The notes beneath the pieces are model-generated. The model worked only from the letters and a program-made list of their open reading frames with translations. It was not told the DNA's origin and made no database searches. From Verrucomicrobiales bacterium (GTDB lineage: Bacteria; Verrucomicrobiota; Verrucomicrobiia; Verrucomicrobiales; SLCJ01): 62,293 bases of DNA. A program made the translations under genes and the position numbers. The stretch is taken from positions 1-62,293 of the forward strand of contig JBJTQJ010000115.1 in NCBI GenBank assembly GCA_046075565.1, given 5' to 3'. Shown here piece after piece: positions 17,228 to 27,756 of this stretch (within the stretch, counting starts at the first letter, position 1; each line of letters begins with the position of its first letter).

Positions 17228-18037
17228 ATGAACCATCCGTATACCCGCCGCACCATTTTGCGCTCGCTGGCCGCCGCTCCACTCGGATTGGCGCTACCCG
17301 TGGAAGCGGTTGATGCCCCGAAAACCCGCAAAAAGGGATTCGCCGGTTGGGACAACGACTCTCGTTTGGCCTTGAAGGTCTCCTGGTATTACAACTGGGG
17401 TCCCGATGGGGCTCCCCATGATGGAATCGAATTCATCCCGATGGTCAAAGGCAAAGGCCGGATGGATGAGACGTTTCTCGATCGGGCCCGGGCGCATCGC
17501 GCTCGCGACGTGAAGAATCTGCTTGGTTACAACGAACCGGAACGCGCCGAACAGGGCAATCTCACCGTCGAGGAAGCGATCGAGGCCTGGCCTAAACTCA
17601 CCGGTCTTGGATTCCGAGTCGGCAGTCCGGCACCATCCTCGGATACCAAGGGCATGGACTGGCTTGATGCGTTCATGAAAGAGGCCGGGAAAAAGAAACT
17701 GCAAGTCGATTTCATCGCCCTGCACTGGTATCGGTCCGCCGATCCCTCGGCTTTCGAATCATGGCTTAAGGATGTCTATCGCGCCTACCGCAAACCCATC
17801 TGGGTCACCGAGTTCAACCCATGGCGCGGCCATGACGAGAAAGTCCATTGGGATTTCCTCCGCGGCGCGCTGCGGGCTCTGGAGAAGAATACATTTGTCG
17901 AGCGTTACGCCTATTTCAATCCGCGCGACGAAGGGAATTTATTCGCCAGTTCACCGGAAAACACGGCTGACGACTCCGGCCCAAAACCCTTGACGAAACT
18001 CGGCGTGCTCTACCGGGATATTGATCAGAAAAAGTGA
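17228..18037 (+). CDS. Tat-exported glycoside hydrolase (GH128/Glyco_hydro_cc-like)
   Basis: TRRTIL Tat motif, SWYYNW, LLGYNEPE, DFIALHWY, PIWVTEF, VERYAYF. Confidence 0.85.
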   Translation: MNHPYTRRTILRSLAAAPLGLALPVEAVDAPKTRKKGFAGWDNDSRLALKVSWYYNWGPDGAPHDGIEFIPMVKGKGRMDETFLDRARAHRARDVKNLLGYNEPERAEQGNLTVEEAIEAWPKLTGLGFRVGSPAPSSDTKGMDWLDAFMKEAGKKKLQVDFIALHWYRSADPSAFESWLKDVYRAYRKPIWVTEFNPWRGHDEKVHWDFLRGALRALEKNTFVERYAYFNPRDEGNLFASSPENTADDSGPKPLTKLGVLYRDIDQKK

Positions 18038-18126
18038 GGGAGGAAATGGGATGAGCCCGCCTGACCTGACGATTGCGCCAGCGACCTAGCTACGGTGCCT
18101 CGCACGCACGAGTCCTCTCGGTTCAG

Positions 18127-18211
18127 TGTTGGAGTCCGGGCTTTAGCCCGTCTCAGCGCGTCGGACCCTTGTCATTGCGGGATGCGACGGGCTAAAGCCC
18201 GGACTCCAACA
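18127..18211. repeat. REPIN-like element: perfect 26-bp inverted repeat with 33-bp spacer
   Basis: TGTTGGAGTCCGGGCTTTAGCCCGTC at 18127-18152 and its reverse complement at 18186-18211; each arm is itself palindromic. Confidence 0.85.
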
Positions 18212-18385
18212 AACCCGCTCGTCAACATCACCGACAACCGTGCCAATCGAATCGCGTGAGCGCCGCAGGCTCTTGGACTGCTGGGATTCTTCCCAGCTCT
18301 TGGGGGCGACAACGAGGCACGGTGATGATGAGCTACCCCTCGCTAGTCATGGGTTCAAAACCGCAGTGATGAAGCCATGGAAATC

Positions 18386-18949
18386 TCAATTCTTTTCAAA
18401 CTTCTGTTCCAGATGCTGGGTATATCCCGGTTGCTCATGCCAAGACCGCCCCTCCCCGCACGGGCGGATGAGCCGGAGCGTGCCGGGTTTCACCCACGGG
18501 TCGAGGACCCATCCGCTAACAAACGGCTGTCCCTTTGCGGCGAGCAGGACGCAGTTGTGTTCGAGGAACGTGCTGTTGTCGTCGCGCACGACGCAATGAA
18601 GATCAAAATGGCGCGGTTTTTCGCGAGTCAGACGGGTGAACATATCCTCCATGTATTGCCAACACAGGCCACGCTCCTTGAGCCCGGTGTTCACCAGGCA
18701 ATTGTGGAACCAAGCGGGCCCGGAGACACCATAAGAGATGGCAAGAGCCCGGGCTTCGCGTTCGGCGACGAGGGCGAGACGATTGGCTTCCTCGCGCACC
18801 GGTGCCGGTGGATTATCTCCGTGCAAGGACGCGAGTTTATCCGCTGTTGCCGCAACGGTGGCTGCGAGTGGCTCGGCCTGATGCGACTGGCAGGAAGCCA
18901 TGGCCAGCGCGAGGATCGGCAGGAACCAGCACGCGGGCAATGATTTCAT
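18386..18949 (-). CDS. Hypothetical lipoprotein with possible Cys-His-Asp triad
   Basis: Lipobox MAS|C; GLCWQY, EHNCV, VLDPW. Confidence 0.7.
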   Translation of the reverse strand: MKSLPACWFLPILALAMASCQSHQAEPLAATVAATADKLASLHGDNPPAPVREEANRLALVAEREARALAISYGVSGPAWFHNCLVNTGLKERGLCWQYMEDMFTRLTREKPRHFDLHCVVRDDNSTFLEHNCVLLAAKGQPFVSGWVLDPWVKPGTLRLIRPCGEGRSWHEQPGYTQHLEQKFEKN

Positions 18950-18985
18950 GGGGCAGGGTCGTAGCTCTGGCGCCTCTTGGATGCG

Positions 18986-21775
18986 TCACGCGTTCGACTT
19001 GAGGATCTGGGCGAGCACGTAGGGCAGAATACCACCGGCGCGGTAGTAATCGATTTCCACCGGCGTGTCGAGGCGCACGACGACGGGGATGTCGAAGGCG
19101 GCTCCACTGACCGGGGTCACGCGCAGGGTGGCTTTCGGCTGGGGTTTCACGCCGTTGCCAATGCCGATGAGGTCAAAGGTCGCGTCGGCGAGATCCTTGA
19201 CCTTGTCGTAATCTTCTTTGTTCACGAAGTTGCAAGGCAGCACACCCATGCCGACGAGGTTGGAGCGGTGGATACGCTCGAAGGACTTGGTTACAACGGC
19301 TTTCACGCCGAGCAGATTGGTGCCCTTGGCGGCCCAGTCGCGGCTGGAGCCCATTCCGTAATCCTCGCCGCCGATGACAACGGTCGGAGTGGCAGCGGCT
19401 TGGTAGGCCATGGCGGCATCGTAAATCGGCACCACGGGACCGTCGGCGCTTTCCGCGAAGCAGCGGGTCACGCCGCCTTCGGTGCCGGGCACCATCAGGT
19501 TCTTGATGCGCACGTTGGCAAAGGTGCCTCGGGTCATCACACGATCATTACCGCGGCGGCTGCCGTAGCTATTGAAGTCGCTCGTCTCAACCCCGTTTTC
19601 AATGAGGTATTTTCCAGCCGGACTGTCCTTCTTGATGTTGCCGGCGGGCGAGATGTGGTCGGTCGTTACAGAGTCGCTGAAAATGCCGAGCGGTCGAGCG
19701 CCATGGATTTCCGTGATGTCGCCGGGGGTCATCGAGAAGCTGGCGAAAAACGGAGGTTCCTGGATGTAGGTCGAGGCGCGATCCCAGTCATAGACATGGC
19801 CGATGGACGATGGGATTTCATTCCACTTCGGATTCTGTTCGGCGAAACCGGTGTAGAGTTTTTGGAACACCTCGGGGGCAAGGGCGCTGCTCATGGCGGC
19901 TCCGATTTCCTCGCTGGTCGGCCAGATTTCGGAAAGGAAAACCGGATCTCCATTGGCGTCGCTGCCAAGCGGTTCCGTGGTGAGATCGATATCAACAGTG
20001 CCCGCGATGGCGAAGGCCACGACGAGCGGAGGCGACATGAGGAAATTCGCCTTGATGCTCTGGTGGACGCGGGCCTCGAAGTTGCGGTTTCCGGAAAGCA
20101 CGGAGGCGGCCACGATGTCCTCGCCGCGCACCACATCTTCGATACCCTTGTCGAGCGGTCCGGAGTTGCCGATGCAAGTCGTGCATCCGTAGCCGACGGT
20201 TTGGAACCCGAGTTGATCCAGTTCTTTCTGGAGGCCGGTTTTTTGAAGATAATCGGTTACAACGCGGCTGCCGGGCCCGAGGCTGGTCTTCACGCTCGGC
20301 TTGACGGTGAGACCGCGGGAGTTGGCTTTTTGGGCGAGCAATCCGGCCGCGAGCATGACACTCGGGTTGCTGGTGTTGGTGCAACTGGTGATGGCGGCGA
20401 TGAGCACCGAACCATGGTTGATGGAATCCTTGATTCCGCCTTTGCTATCGACGGTCACTTCCCATCCTTCCAAATCGGTTTCCACTGTCACACCGACACT
20501 GCCTCCGAGGGCCTCGATGGCCGGGAGAGCATCCGGTTCGGCATCGAGGTTGACCGAGGGCGCGGCACCTTCTTTGCCGTAGCCGTCCGGTCCGGGAGCG
20601 GCGAGAAGCGTATTCCACTTCGACTTGAGGGCATCGAGGTCGATGCGATCCTGCGGACGTTTTGGTCCGGCGAGTCCCGGCACGACGCTTGAAAGATCGA
20701 GTTCCACCACCTGGGTGAACTCAATTTCGCCTTCATCGGCGATGCCCCAGAGCCCTTGGGCCTTGTAGTAATTTTCAACCGTCTGGCAAAGTTCCGCCGG
20801 GCGACCGGTCCCGCGCAAGTAGGCGACGGTAGCGTCGTCCCAACCGAAGAAGCCCATGGTCGCGCCGTATTCGGGAGCCATGTTGGCGATGGTCGCGCGA
20901 TCGGGCACACTGAGCGCGCGCGCTCCGGGGCCGAAGAATTCAACGAACTTTCCGACGACTTTGGTTTTGCGCAGCAGTTCGGTCACACGCAGGACGAGGT
21001 CGGTGGCGGTGACTCCGGGTTGCAGGGAACCGGTCAGGCGCACGCCTACGACTTCCGGCACGAGGAAAGTGACCGGTTGGCCGAGCATTCCGGCTTCGGC
21101 TTCGATACCGCCGACACCCCAACCGACGACGCCGAGGCCGTTGATCATGGTGGTGTGCGAATCGGTGCCGACGAGCGTGTCCGGGAAATACATTCCGTCC
21201 TTTTCGAGCACGCCTTTGGCGAGGTATTCAAGGTTCACTTGGTGCACGATGCCGATGCCGGGAGGCACGACCTTGAAAGTATCAAACGCTTGTTCACCCC
21301 ACTTCAGGAACTGGTAACGCTCGCGGTTGCGGTGGAATTCGAGTTCAAGGTTGCGGTTCAGGGACTCTCCCGTTCCGGCGTAATCGACTTGCACGGAGTG
21401 GTCCACCACCAGATCCACCGGCACGAGCGGCTCGATCATCTTCGGGTCCTTGCCCATGGCCGAGACGGCGGAGCGCATGGCCGCGAGATCAACCAGCAAC
21501 GGCACCCCGGTGAAGTCCTGCAGAACGATGCGCGCGACCACAAAAGGGATCTCATAATCGCCTGGGGACTTGGCATTCCAATTGGCGAGATTGCGCACGT
21601 CCTGCTCGGTGACCTTGAGACCGTCACAATTACGGAGCACGGATTCAAGGACGATGCGGATGGAAACGGGAAGACGATCCAGTTTTGGAGCCAGCCCGGC
21701 ATCCTTCAGTGCGGGAAGCGAGTGGTATTTGCCTTCGGTGCCTTGTCCGGTGCGGAACGTGCGCAGAGTATCCAT
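18986..21775 (-). CDS. acnA: Aconitate hydratase A
   Basis: [47 protein letters not shown]. Confidence 0.97.
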   Translation of the reverse strand: MDTLRTFRTGQGTEGKYHSLPALKDAGLAPKLDRLPVSIRIVLESVLRNCDGLKVTEQDVRNLANWNAKSPGDYEIPFVVARIVLQDFTGVPLLVDLAAMRSAVSAMGKDPKMIEPLVPVDLVVDHSVQVDYAGTGESLNRNLELEFHRNRERYQFLKWGEQAFDTFKVVPPGIGIVHQVNLEYLAKGVLEKDGMYFPDTLVGTDSHTTMINGLGVVGWGVGGIEAEAGMLGQPVTFLVPEVVGVRLTGSLQPGVTATDLVLRVTELLRKTKVVGKFVEFFGPGARALSVPDRATIANMAPEYGATMGFFGWDDATVAYLRGTGRPAELCQTVENYYKAQGLWGIADEGEIEFTQVVELDLSSVVPGLAGPKRPQDRIDLDALKSKWNTLLAAPGPDGYGKEGAAPSVNLDAEPDALPAIEALGGSVGVTVETDLEGWEVTVDSKGGIKDSINHGSVLIAAITSCTNTSNPSVMLAAGLLAQKANSRGLTVKPSVKTSLGPGSRVVTDYLQKTGLQKELDQLGFQTVGYGCTTCIGNSGPLDKGIEDVVRGEDIVAASVLSGNRNFEARVHQSIKANFLMSPPLVVAFAIAGTVDIDLTTEPLGSDANGDPVFLSEIWPTSEEIGAAMSSALAPEVFQKLYTGFAEQNPKWNEIPSSIGHVYDWDRASTYIQEPPFFASFSMTPGDITEIHGARPLGIFSDSVTTDHISPAGNIKKDSPAGKYLIENGVETSDFNSYGSRRGNDRVMTRGTFANVRIKNLMVPGTEGGVTRCFAESADGPVVPIYDAAMAYQAAATPTVVIGGEDYGMGSSRDWAAKGTNLLGVKAVVTKSFERIHRSNLVGMGVLPCNFVNKEDYDKVKDLADATFDLIGIGNGVKPQPKATLRVTPVSGAAFDIPVVVRLDTPVEIDYYRAGGILPYVLAQILKSNA

Positions 21776-21894
21776 GATGATGAGGAAAAATGTAGTGAAT
21801 TTGCCTTCGCGGATGAACCCGCCACCCGGAAGGACCAAAAATGTAGCGGATCAAGGCCCGGCGGCAACCGGGATTGTCCTGCCCCGGGTATCTC

Positions 21895-23559
21895 TCAAAC
21901 GGCCACGGCGGCAGCCCGGATTTCCCGGCGTTTCCTGAACCAGACGACCAGAGCGTAAAGAGAAACCACTGCTTGGACGCTGAGACCACCGAAAAAAGCG
22001 ACATGGCCGTGAACCCCGGCCTCCGCCCATTGGGCATCGGTGGCGGTCATGGCACAAAACGGGGCCGACAAAGGGGAAAGGGCACCGAGGTAAAACCCGA
22101 TGCTCGCTCCTTGGTCGGAGGCGGCACCAAGCACGAGCATGACGAGCGCTGGCACGACCCAGAATCCCATGAGAACCGCAAATGTGCCCTTTTTTTCCCA
22201 TGCTTCGGTCGCGGCAACCACGGCGGTGAAGGCAAAAACCGGAAGCAAGGCGACCCACGGGACCATCTCGAGGGCGAACATTTTCCCTTCCAGCCAACGA
22301 CTGACGCCAAGCTCATGGCCGAAAATCCAAACGGCCGCCCCCGCCGCCAGACCAAAGACGGCGGCCCATGGAAGTGCGCTGGCCTCGTCGGCCCGCCACG
22401 GAAGACGACTTCGCCCTAGCCGAACCGAGCGCCGCCAGCCCCGGATCGCTTCGGCGCGCGTTGGTAGGATTTGGAGCAGGAGAAACACCCCTAGCAAAAG
22501 CAGAACCATGCTCAACAATCCGACAAGCATTCCCGCTTCCGCCGCCGAGGACTTCGGCACAAGCGAACGAAGAAGCACCCGGGTAAATCCGGGCCCGGAG
22601 GACTTCATCAAAGTGCTGGGAAAGACGCGGCCGTCCTGAATGAGCGGTAGCAGGTTGCCTAGAACGACCGCCGCGGTCCCGGCAAGCACCCCAAGCGCGG
22701 TGCCTTTCCCGATCGCATGGCGGCCGCCATCGATCCATTTCCTCCGGATCATGGAAAGGAACACCAGAATCAACGCACCCTGGATGGTCAGGGAAAAAAC
22801 AAACTGCGGCAACTCGAGCCCGTAGAAAGCGACTTCTGTTTTTTCATCGCGGGGAAGCTGGGGCGCGAAACTCTGGCGCAAGGGCAAGGAAAGTTGTTCG
22901 CGGAAAACCGGCCGGACCGTGAGATGCTCGAAGACAATGTATCCGAAATTCGAGAGCTGCGGCAGAGCGAGATAGAGCACGATCACGGCAGCTTGGACAA
23001 TACGCGCGCCGAAGCGGCGGGCACGGATGACAAACCCCGCGCAGTATCCGGTCAGATGGTAGAGCAAAGCCGAAGTGAAGAGCACGGCATAAACTTTGAG
23101 CAAAGACTCGATGGGCAACTTCCCCATCCATAAGCCGATCAAAGTGAAGGGTAGCGTGAGTGCGAAAAGAACATACTCGCGCACCGGCAAGCCGAAAAGA
23201 TAACCAACCATCTTCCATGCGGGTGGCAACGGGGTAAGCCGCTGGAATTCGATCATCCCCTCCTCTTCCTCTTGCAAAAGCGATGCAGTGACGGCTCCCG
23301 TTCCGGTGAGGAGGAGCAAAATCCCTTGGAAGACGAGAATCGGAATGAAGGCCGCCCGGGCGGCCGTGACGCTATCCTTGCCAATGCGGTTCTCCACCGC
23401 GTTGTAAACGGTTAGAAACAGAAAGGTTGCCAGCACGACCGTGACAATCGCCCATGGCACGAACACCCGCGCCCGCATGCGCGAGCGCCAACAACGGACG
23501 ACAATCGGATTGCGCCAAAGTGCCCACAGTGGCGGCGGAAAAGCCGGATGGTCAGACAT
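21895..23559 (-). CDS. ABC transporter permease (large multi-TM, ABC-2-like)
   Basis: NPIVVR N-terminus, about 12 TM segments, E.EEGM..F.RLTP; translationally coupled to an ABC ATPase. Confidence 0.75.
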   Translation of the reverse strand: MSDHPAFPPPLWALWRNPIVVRCWRSRMRARVFVPWAIVTVVLATFLFLTVYNAVENRIGKDSVTAARAAFIPILVFQGILLLLTGTGAVTASLLQEEEEGMIEFQRLTPLPPAWKMVGYLFGLPVREYVLFALTLPFTLIGLWMGKLPIESLLKVYAVLFTSALLYHLTGYCAGFVIRARRFGARIVQAAVIVLYLALPQLSNFGYIVFEHLTVRPVFREQLSLPLRQSFAPQLPRDEKTEVAFYGLELPQFVFSLTIQGALILVFLSMIRRKWIDGGRHAIGKGTALGVLAGTAAVVLGNLLPLIQDGRVFPSTLMKSSGPGFTRVLLRSLVPKSSAAEAGMLVGLLSMVLLLLGVFLLLQILPTRAEAIRGWRRSVRLGRSRLPWRADEASALPWAAVFGLAAGAAVWIFGHELGVSRWLEGKMFALEMVPWVALLPVFAFTAVVAATEAWEKKGTFAVLMGFWVVPALVMLVLGAASDQGASIGFYLGALSPLSAPFCAMTATDAQWAEAGVHGHVAFFGGLSVQAVVSLYALVVWFRKRREIRAAAVAV

Positions 23560-24526
23560 GGTCGCCCTCCTCTCCCCGGGTTGACTTCAACCCGAGCACG
23601 GCCCGCTCGAGGGCGGAACCAGCCTCGGAGAGTTGCCGGACCGGCACTCCCTCGAGGACCAAGCCGCGGAGGAAATCCGCCTCGTCCGCTGGCGATCCAT
23701 GAAAAAGGAAAAACACCCGGTCCCCATCGGCTTCGATACTGTCAGCGAGCGAACTCGCCGACAGCGCTTCGGCGAGACGCGGACCATGACCAGCCGGAGC
23801 AAGCGCGACAAAACGCCGGCTGCCTTGAGCCGCGCGATCGGCCACGTCGTGCACTGGACCGCTGTCCACCAGCCTGCCGTGTTGCATCAATCCGATGGTC
23901 GAGCACATGTCGGAGAGTTCGCCGAGAATATGGGAACTGATCACGACTGTGCTCCCGTGCCGCGCGAGCTTTTTCACGGTGGCCTTGAGCGCGGAACGCG
24001 AGACCGGGTCCATTCCGCTGGCGGGCTCGTCGAGCACAAAAACGCGGGGCATGTGCAACAGCGTTTTCGCAAGCACGAGCCGTTGTTTCATCCCGCGGGA
24101 TAGTTCGTTGCACAAAACATCGCGCTTCTCCACCAGCCGCACCTCCTCCAGACATTCCTGGCAACGCTCGCGGCGGTTGGTGACGATACCGTGCGACGCG
24201 GCGAAGATATCAAGGAATTCCCAAACCTTGAGATCGGAAGGCACGGGCGCGAGATCGGGCATATAGCCGAGCGCCGCACGTGCGGCTGCGGCAGCATCGG
24301 TGGTGTGATGACCGGCAATGCTCACGCGCCCGTAGGTCGGCTCCAACAAGGTTGCAAGCACACGGAAAGTGCTCGTCTTGCCTGCGCCATTCGGGCCCAC
24401 CAGCCCGAAAACCTCCCCGAATGGGATACGCAGGCAAAGGCCGTCCACGGCGACGGTCTCGCCATAATCGACGCGGAGATCGTCGATTTCGATGGCGGGC
24501 ACGTCCATGGCCGGGGATTCAATCAT
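23552..24526 (-). CDS. ABC transporter ATP-binding protein
   Basis: GPNGAGKTS Walker A, LSRGMKQR signature, VLDEP Walker B, SSH. Confidence 0.93.
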   Translation of the reverse strand: MIESPAMDVPAIEIDDLRVDYGETVAVDGLCLRIPFGEVFGLVGPNGAGKTSTFRVLATLLEPTYGRVSIAGHHTTDAAAAARAALGYMPDLAPVPSDLKVWEFLDIFAASHGIVTNRRERCQECLEEVRLVEKRDVLCNELSRGMKQRLVLAKTLLHMPRVFVLDEPASGMDPVSRSALKATVKKLARHGSTVVISSHILGELSDMCSTIGLMQHGRLVDSGPVHDVADRAAQGSRRFVALAPAGHGPRLAEALSASSLADSIEADGDRVFFLFHGSPADEADFLRGLVLEGVPVRQLSEAGSALERAVLGLKSTRGEEGDHV

Positions 24527-25643
24527 CGGTCGCGCGGGCACGTCCAGCGTCACGCGGCCGGGCCATGCGGGAGCGGCGCAATGGCACGGCGAGCGCGACT
24601 TCGAGGTGGGTCTCCAGTATATCCCCCATGGTCCGACATCGGGAGAACTTGTCCGTGCCATGGTAGGCGTCGAGTTCGCGGCCGAGGCGCGCGATTTTTT
24701 CGGAACTCGAATACGGGTGCTCCTTCATGCAGGTGAAGAGGTGCTTGAGACGCGAGTGGGAAAGCCGGTAGCGCCGCGCCATGAGCGTGCGCTCCTCCAT
24801 CTGGTATTGGTGGATGCTGCGCGAGCTGAGGAATTGGCGGCACAGATCGACCACCGGCTGGTTGTTCTCGAAATGGTGGGGAAGGTAGGTATCGAGATCT
24901 CCCTCGTAGGTCTGCTGGTCGAAGTCAATCGCCCGCACCCGGTATTGTTCGTCCTCGAAATCGGGTGTGATATCCACAACATAATTGTAACACCGCATGT
25001 CTCCCAGCAAACGCACGATACAGCGCTCGTTGAACTTCACGAATTCCTTGGCGATTCGCACGCGGTTGAGTGACCGGCGCTTGAAGTAGCGATCAATGAA
25101 AATATCACCCGGCACACCGGCGATGTGTTCTTCGATCAGAGTCTGGCCGTGCACCAGATAACCGATGCGGTTGGGTGAAAGCAGATGCTCGAGTTCCAGA
25201 CCGAAGACGCGGGAGGCATCGGCGCGTTTCACATAGAAATGATCGTAGTTGTCATTCTGGTGGTTGACGATGCGGACACGGAACGGCTGGGAATTTCCGA
25301 ACTCGCAGAAGTCAACGCGCTCTACGTAGAGGTGTTCCATGACGGATAGATCCCCGTCGGTGCGGATGGATGCGTAGACATTGCAGAGGCGGCGGTGGAG
25401 GTCCGCCTGGCGGGTGCCATCATATACCACGGAGCGCCAGAGGGTATCCACTCCCTGTTCGTCGAGCAGCGGGTAAGCCGCGCTGAATCCATGCAACTCG
25501 TCGTAGCTGATGTCGATTTCCGACAGCCGATCATGCCCGGAAAGATAATCCCTGAACATGTCCGTGATGGGATAAAACGGCTTCTTCTCCCGCGTGGGCT
25601 GCGCGATTCGGCGATCGGAGAACGAATTCTCCTCCGGACTCAT
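24519..25643 (-). CDS. Hypothetical protein with atypical (PI3K/HipA-like) kinase motifs
   Basis: FYVK..E, LIEEHI.G, LLGDMRCYN, AIDFDQ; overlaps both neighbours. Confidence 0.7.
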   Translation of the reverse strand: MSPEENSFSDRRIAQPTREKKPFYPITDMFRDYLSGHDRLSEIDISYDELHGFSAAYPLLDEQGVDTLWRSVVYDGTRQADLHRRLCNVYASIRTDGDLSVMEHLYVERVDFCEFGNSQPFRVRIVNHQNDNYDHFYVKRADASRVFGLELEHLLSPNRIGYLVHGQTLIEEHIAGVPGDIFIDRYFKRRSLNRVRIAKEFVKFNERCIVRLLGDMRCYNYVVDITPDFEDEQYRVRAIDFDQQTYEGDLDTYLPHHFENNQPVVDLCRQFLSSRSIHQYQMEERTLMARRYRLSHSRLKHLFTCMKEHPYSSSEKIARLGRELDAYHGTDKFSRCRTMGDILETHLEVALAVPLRRSRMARPRDAGRARATDD

Positions 25644-26503
25644 GATTCATCCTCCTCGCTGAAGGGCGATTCGATGCCCGCGCGCGTGCGCTGGGAAACC
25701 CAAGGCCGCGCAAAGCCATAGGTAATATAAGCGACGCAAATCACCGCCGGCATAACCTGGTAGAAACGCACCGTGACAAGGATGAGGAGGAAAATCACCG
25801 CCACCCACGGAAGCGAGGCCCGCGACCGCCAGTGCACCTTTTTGAAACTCGGATAACGGATGTGGCTCATCATGAGCAAAGCCAGACCAACCATCAACAC
25901 GGCAAGAAGGTATTTCCACGGCCCCAATTCACGCTCTCCCTCGGCCAGCCAGATCAGGAAAATGGTAATGGCCGCGATGGTTCCGGCGGCCATGGGGATG
26001 GGCAGACCGACGAATTCTTTCAGAGGTTGGCTTTCCTGTTCGGCGGACGCGCCAGTCGGTTCCACTTCTTCGCCTTTGGCGGCATCCTCTGCATCGGCGG
26101 CCATGCAATTGAAGCGGGCCAACCGCATCGCGCCGCATAGCAGATAAAGAAAGGCAATCATCGAACCCGCCATGTCGCCCGGAAGGTCAACGAGCACGAC
26201 TTTGAAAACCAGCAGGGCGGGAGCGAGACCGAACGACACCACATCCGCCAGTGAGTCAAATTCCCGCCCGAACGGCGATTCCCTGCCCCCGATACGGGCC
26301 ATGCGGCCATCAAGCAAATCAAAAATGCAGGCCCCGAATATGAAAAGGATGGCGCGGATGTAGTGCGGGTGGGCGGCCGCCGGGTCGGCGGGCGCGACGA
26401 GCATCCCTTTGAAGATGGCCAGCACCGCCATGAAGCCGCAAAAAAGATTGCCGGCCGTCATCAAATTCGGCAGGAGGTAGATCTTGGGTTCGCGCACCGG
26501 CAT
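25640..26503 (-). CDS. pssA: CDP-diacylglycerol--serine O-phosphatidyltransferase
   Basis: LPNLMT, DLLDGRMAR...FG.EFDSLADVVSFG CDP-alcohol phosphotransferase motif, RLARFN, F.GLPIP. Confidence 0.92.
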   Translation of the reverse strand: MPVREPKIYLLPNLMTAGNLFCGFMAVLAIFKGMLVAPADPAAAHPHYIRAILFIFGACIFDLLDGRMARIGGRESPFGREFDSLADVVSFGLAPALLVFKVVLVDLPGDMAGSMIAFLYLLCGAMRLARFNCMAADAEDAAKGEEVEPTGASAEQESQPLKEFVGLPIPMAAGTIAAITIFLIWLAEGERELGPWKYLLAVLMVGLALLMMSHIRYPSFKKVHWRSRASLPWVAVIFLLILVTVRFYQVMPAVICVAYITYGFARPWVSQRTRAGIESPFSEEDES

Positions 26504-26592
26504 GACGGTAATCATACACTCACCCGCCCCGCCGCGCAGGAAAAATCCACTGCCCCTTTACCGAGTGCGGATTCCTGCTAGGGTTTGGATCT

Positions 26593-27689
26593 ATGGTCGC
26601 ATCGGGCTCTGGCAAACCGGAATGGATCCCGGAAAACCCGGAGGGTGGCACCTATGCCAGCGAGGTCAAACCCGGCGTGACAGGCGGACACGACGGACTC
26701 CCCGGAATGACCCTCCGAAAAAGCAAAGGCGTGCGGCGAAAGCCGATCCCCCAAGCCACCGAAGCCGTGACGGGCGTGCTCGCGGGCGATCGCACCCTTC
26801 TCGCCCGCGCCATCACCCTCATCGAAAGCCGCGCCCCTGCCCATCAGGAACCCGCCCGCGCCATTCTCCGGGCCTGCCTTCCCCATGCCGGGAAATCGAT
26901 TCGCATCGGCATTACCGGCGTGCCCGGAGCGGGCAAAAGCACGTTCATCGAAGCCTTTGGTTCCATGCTGTGTGCAAGTGGCCACAAGGTTGCCGTGCTG
27001 GCGGTGGACCCCAGCAGCTCCGTGCACGGTGGCAGCGTGCTCGGGGACAAAACCCGCATGGAAGAGCTTTCGCGTCATCCCAATGCCTTCATCCGTCCCT
27101 CCCCATCCGGCGGCACCCTCGGAGGCGTCGCGCAGCGGGTTTCGGTGTCGTGCTGGTCGAGACCGTCGGCGTCGGGCAAAGTGAGGTGGCCGTGCGCTCG
27201 ATGGTCGATTTTTTCCTGCTCTTGCAAATCGCCGGAGCGGGAGACGAACTGCAAGGGATCAAAAAAGGCGTCATTGAAATGGCCGACGCGATTGTCGTGA
27301 ACAAAGCCGATGGCGACAATATCCCGCGAGCAAATCTGGCCCGTGTCGAATACTCGCGTGTGCTGCATTTCCTCCAGCCCTTCACCCCGGGATGGTCTCC
27401 GCGGGCGCTGACCTGTTCCGCTTTGCATGGAGAGGGCATCCAAACCATCTGGGAGGAAATCAACCGCTTCCGCCAGCATCTCGAAGACAAGTCTCTTTTT
27501 GATAGCCGCCGCCGCGAGCAAAACCGGCAATGGTTTCACTCCTTGCTTCGGGAAGCCGTGCTCGGGCAATTCCACCGCCGTCCTGAAATTATCGACGGTC
27601 TTCCCGGCCTTGATGCCCGCGTCGCCGCCGGTGAAATCCCGGTCATCGAGGCGGTCGAGGAGTTGCTGGCAGCTACGACGAAGCCGTGA
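26593..27689 (+). pseudogene. meaB: Methylmalonyl-CoA mutase-associated GTPase MeaB, frameshifted with an internal deletion near 27132
   Basis: Frame A gives [28 protein letters not shown]; frame B resumes at [32 protein letters not shown]. Confidence 0.85.
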
Positions 27690-27756
27690 GGCAAGACGGA
27701 ACGCCATGGCGTTCCCGACATGTTCTCGCCTCAGTCCGAGCTATCGGCAAATCCCT

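Noticed and set aside
18977-20692. 571-aa plus-strand ORF, and similar long ORFs at 5870-7243, 37952-39112, 46590-48134 and 51258-52685
   Set aside because: Antisense shadows of well-supported genes, expected from GC-rich codon bias; no motifs
21826-21834. CCGGAAGGA resembling the SRP RNA loop
   Set aside because: Lacks the flanking CAGG/AGCA internal-loop motif and the long stem
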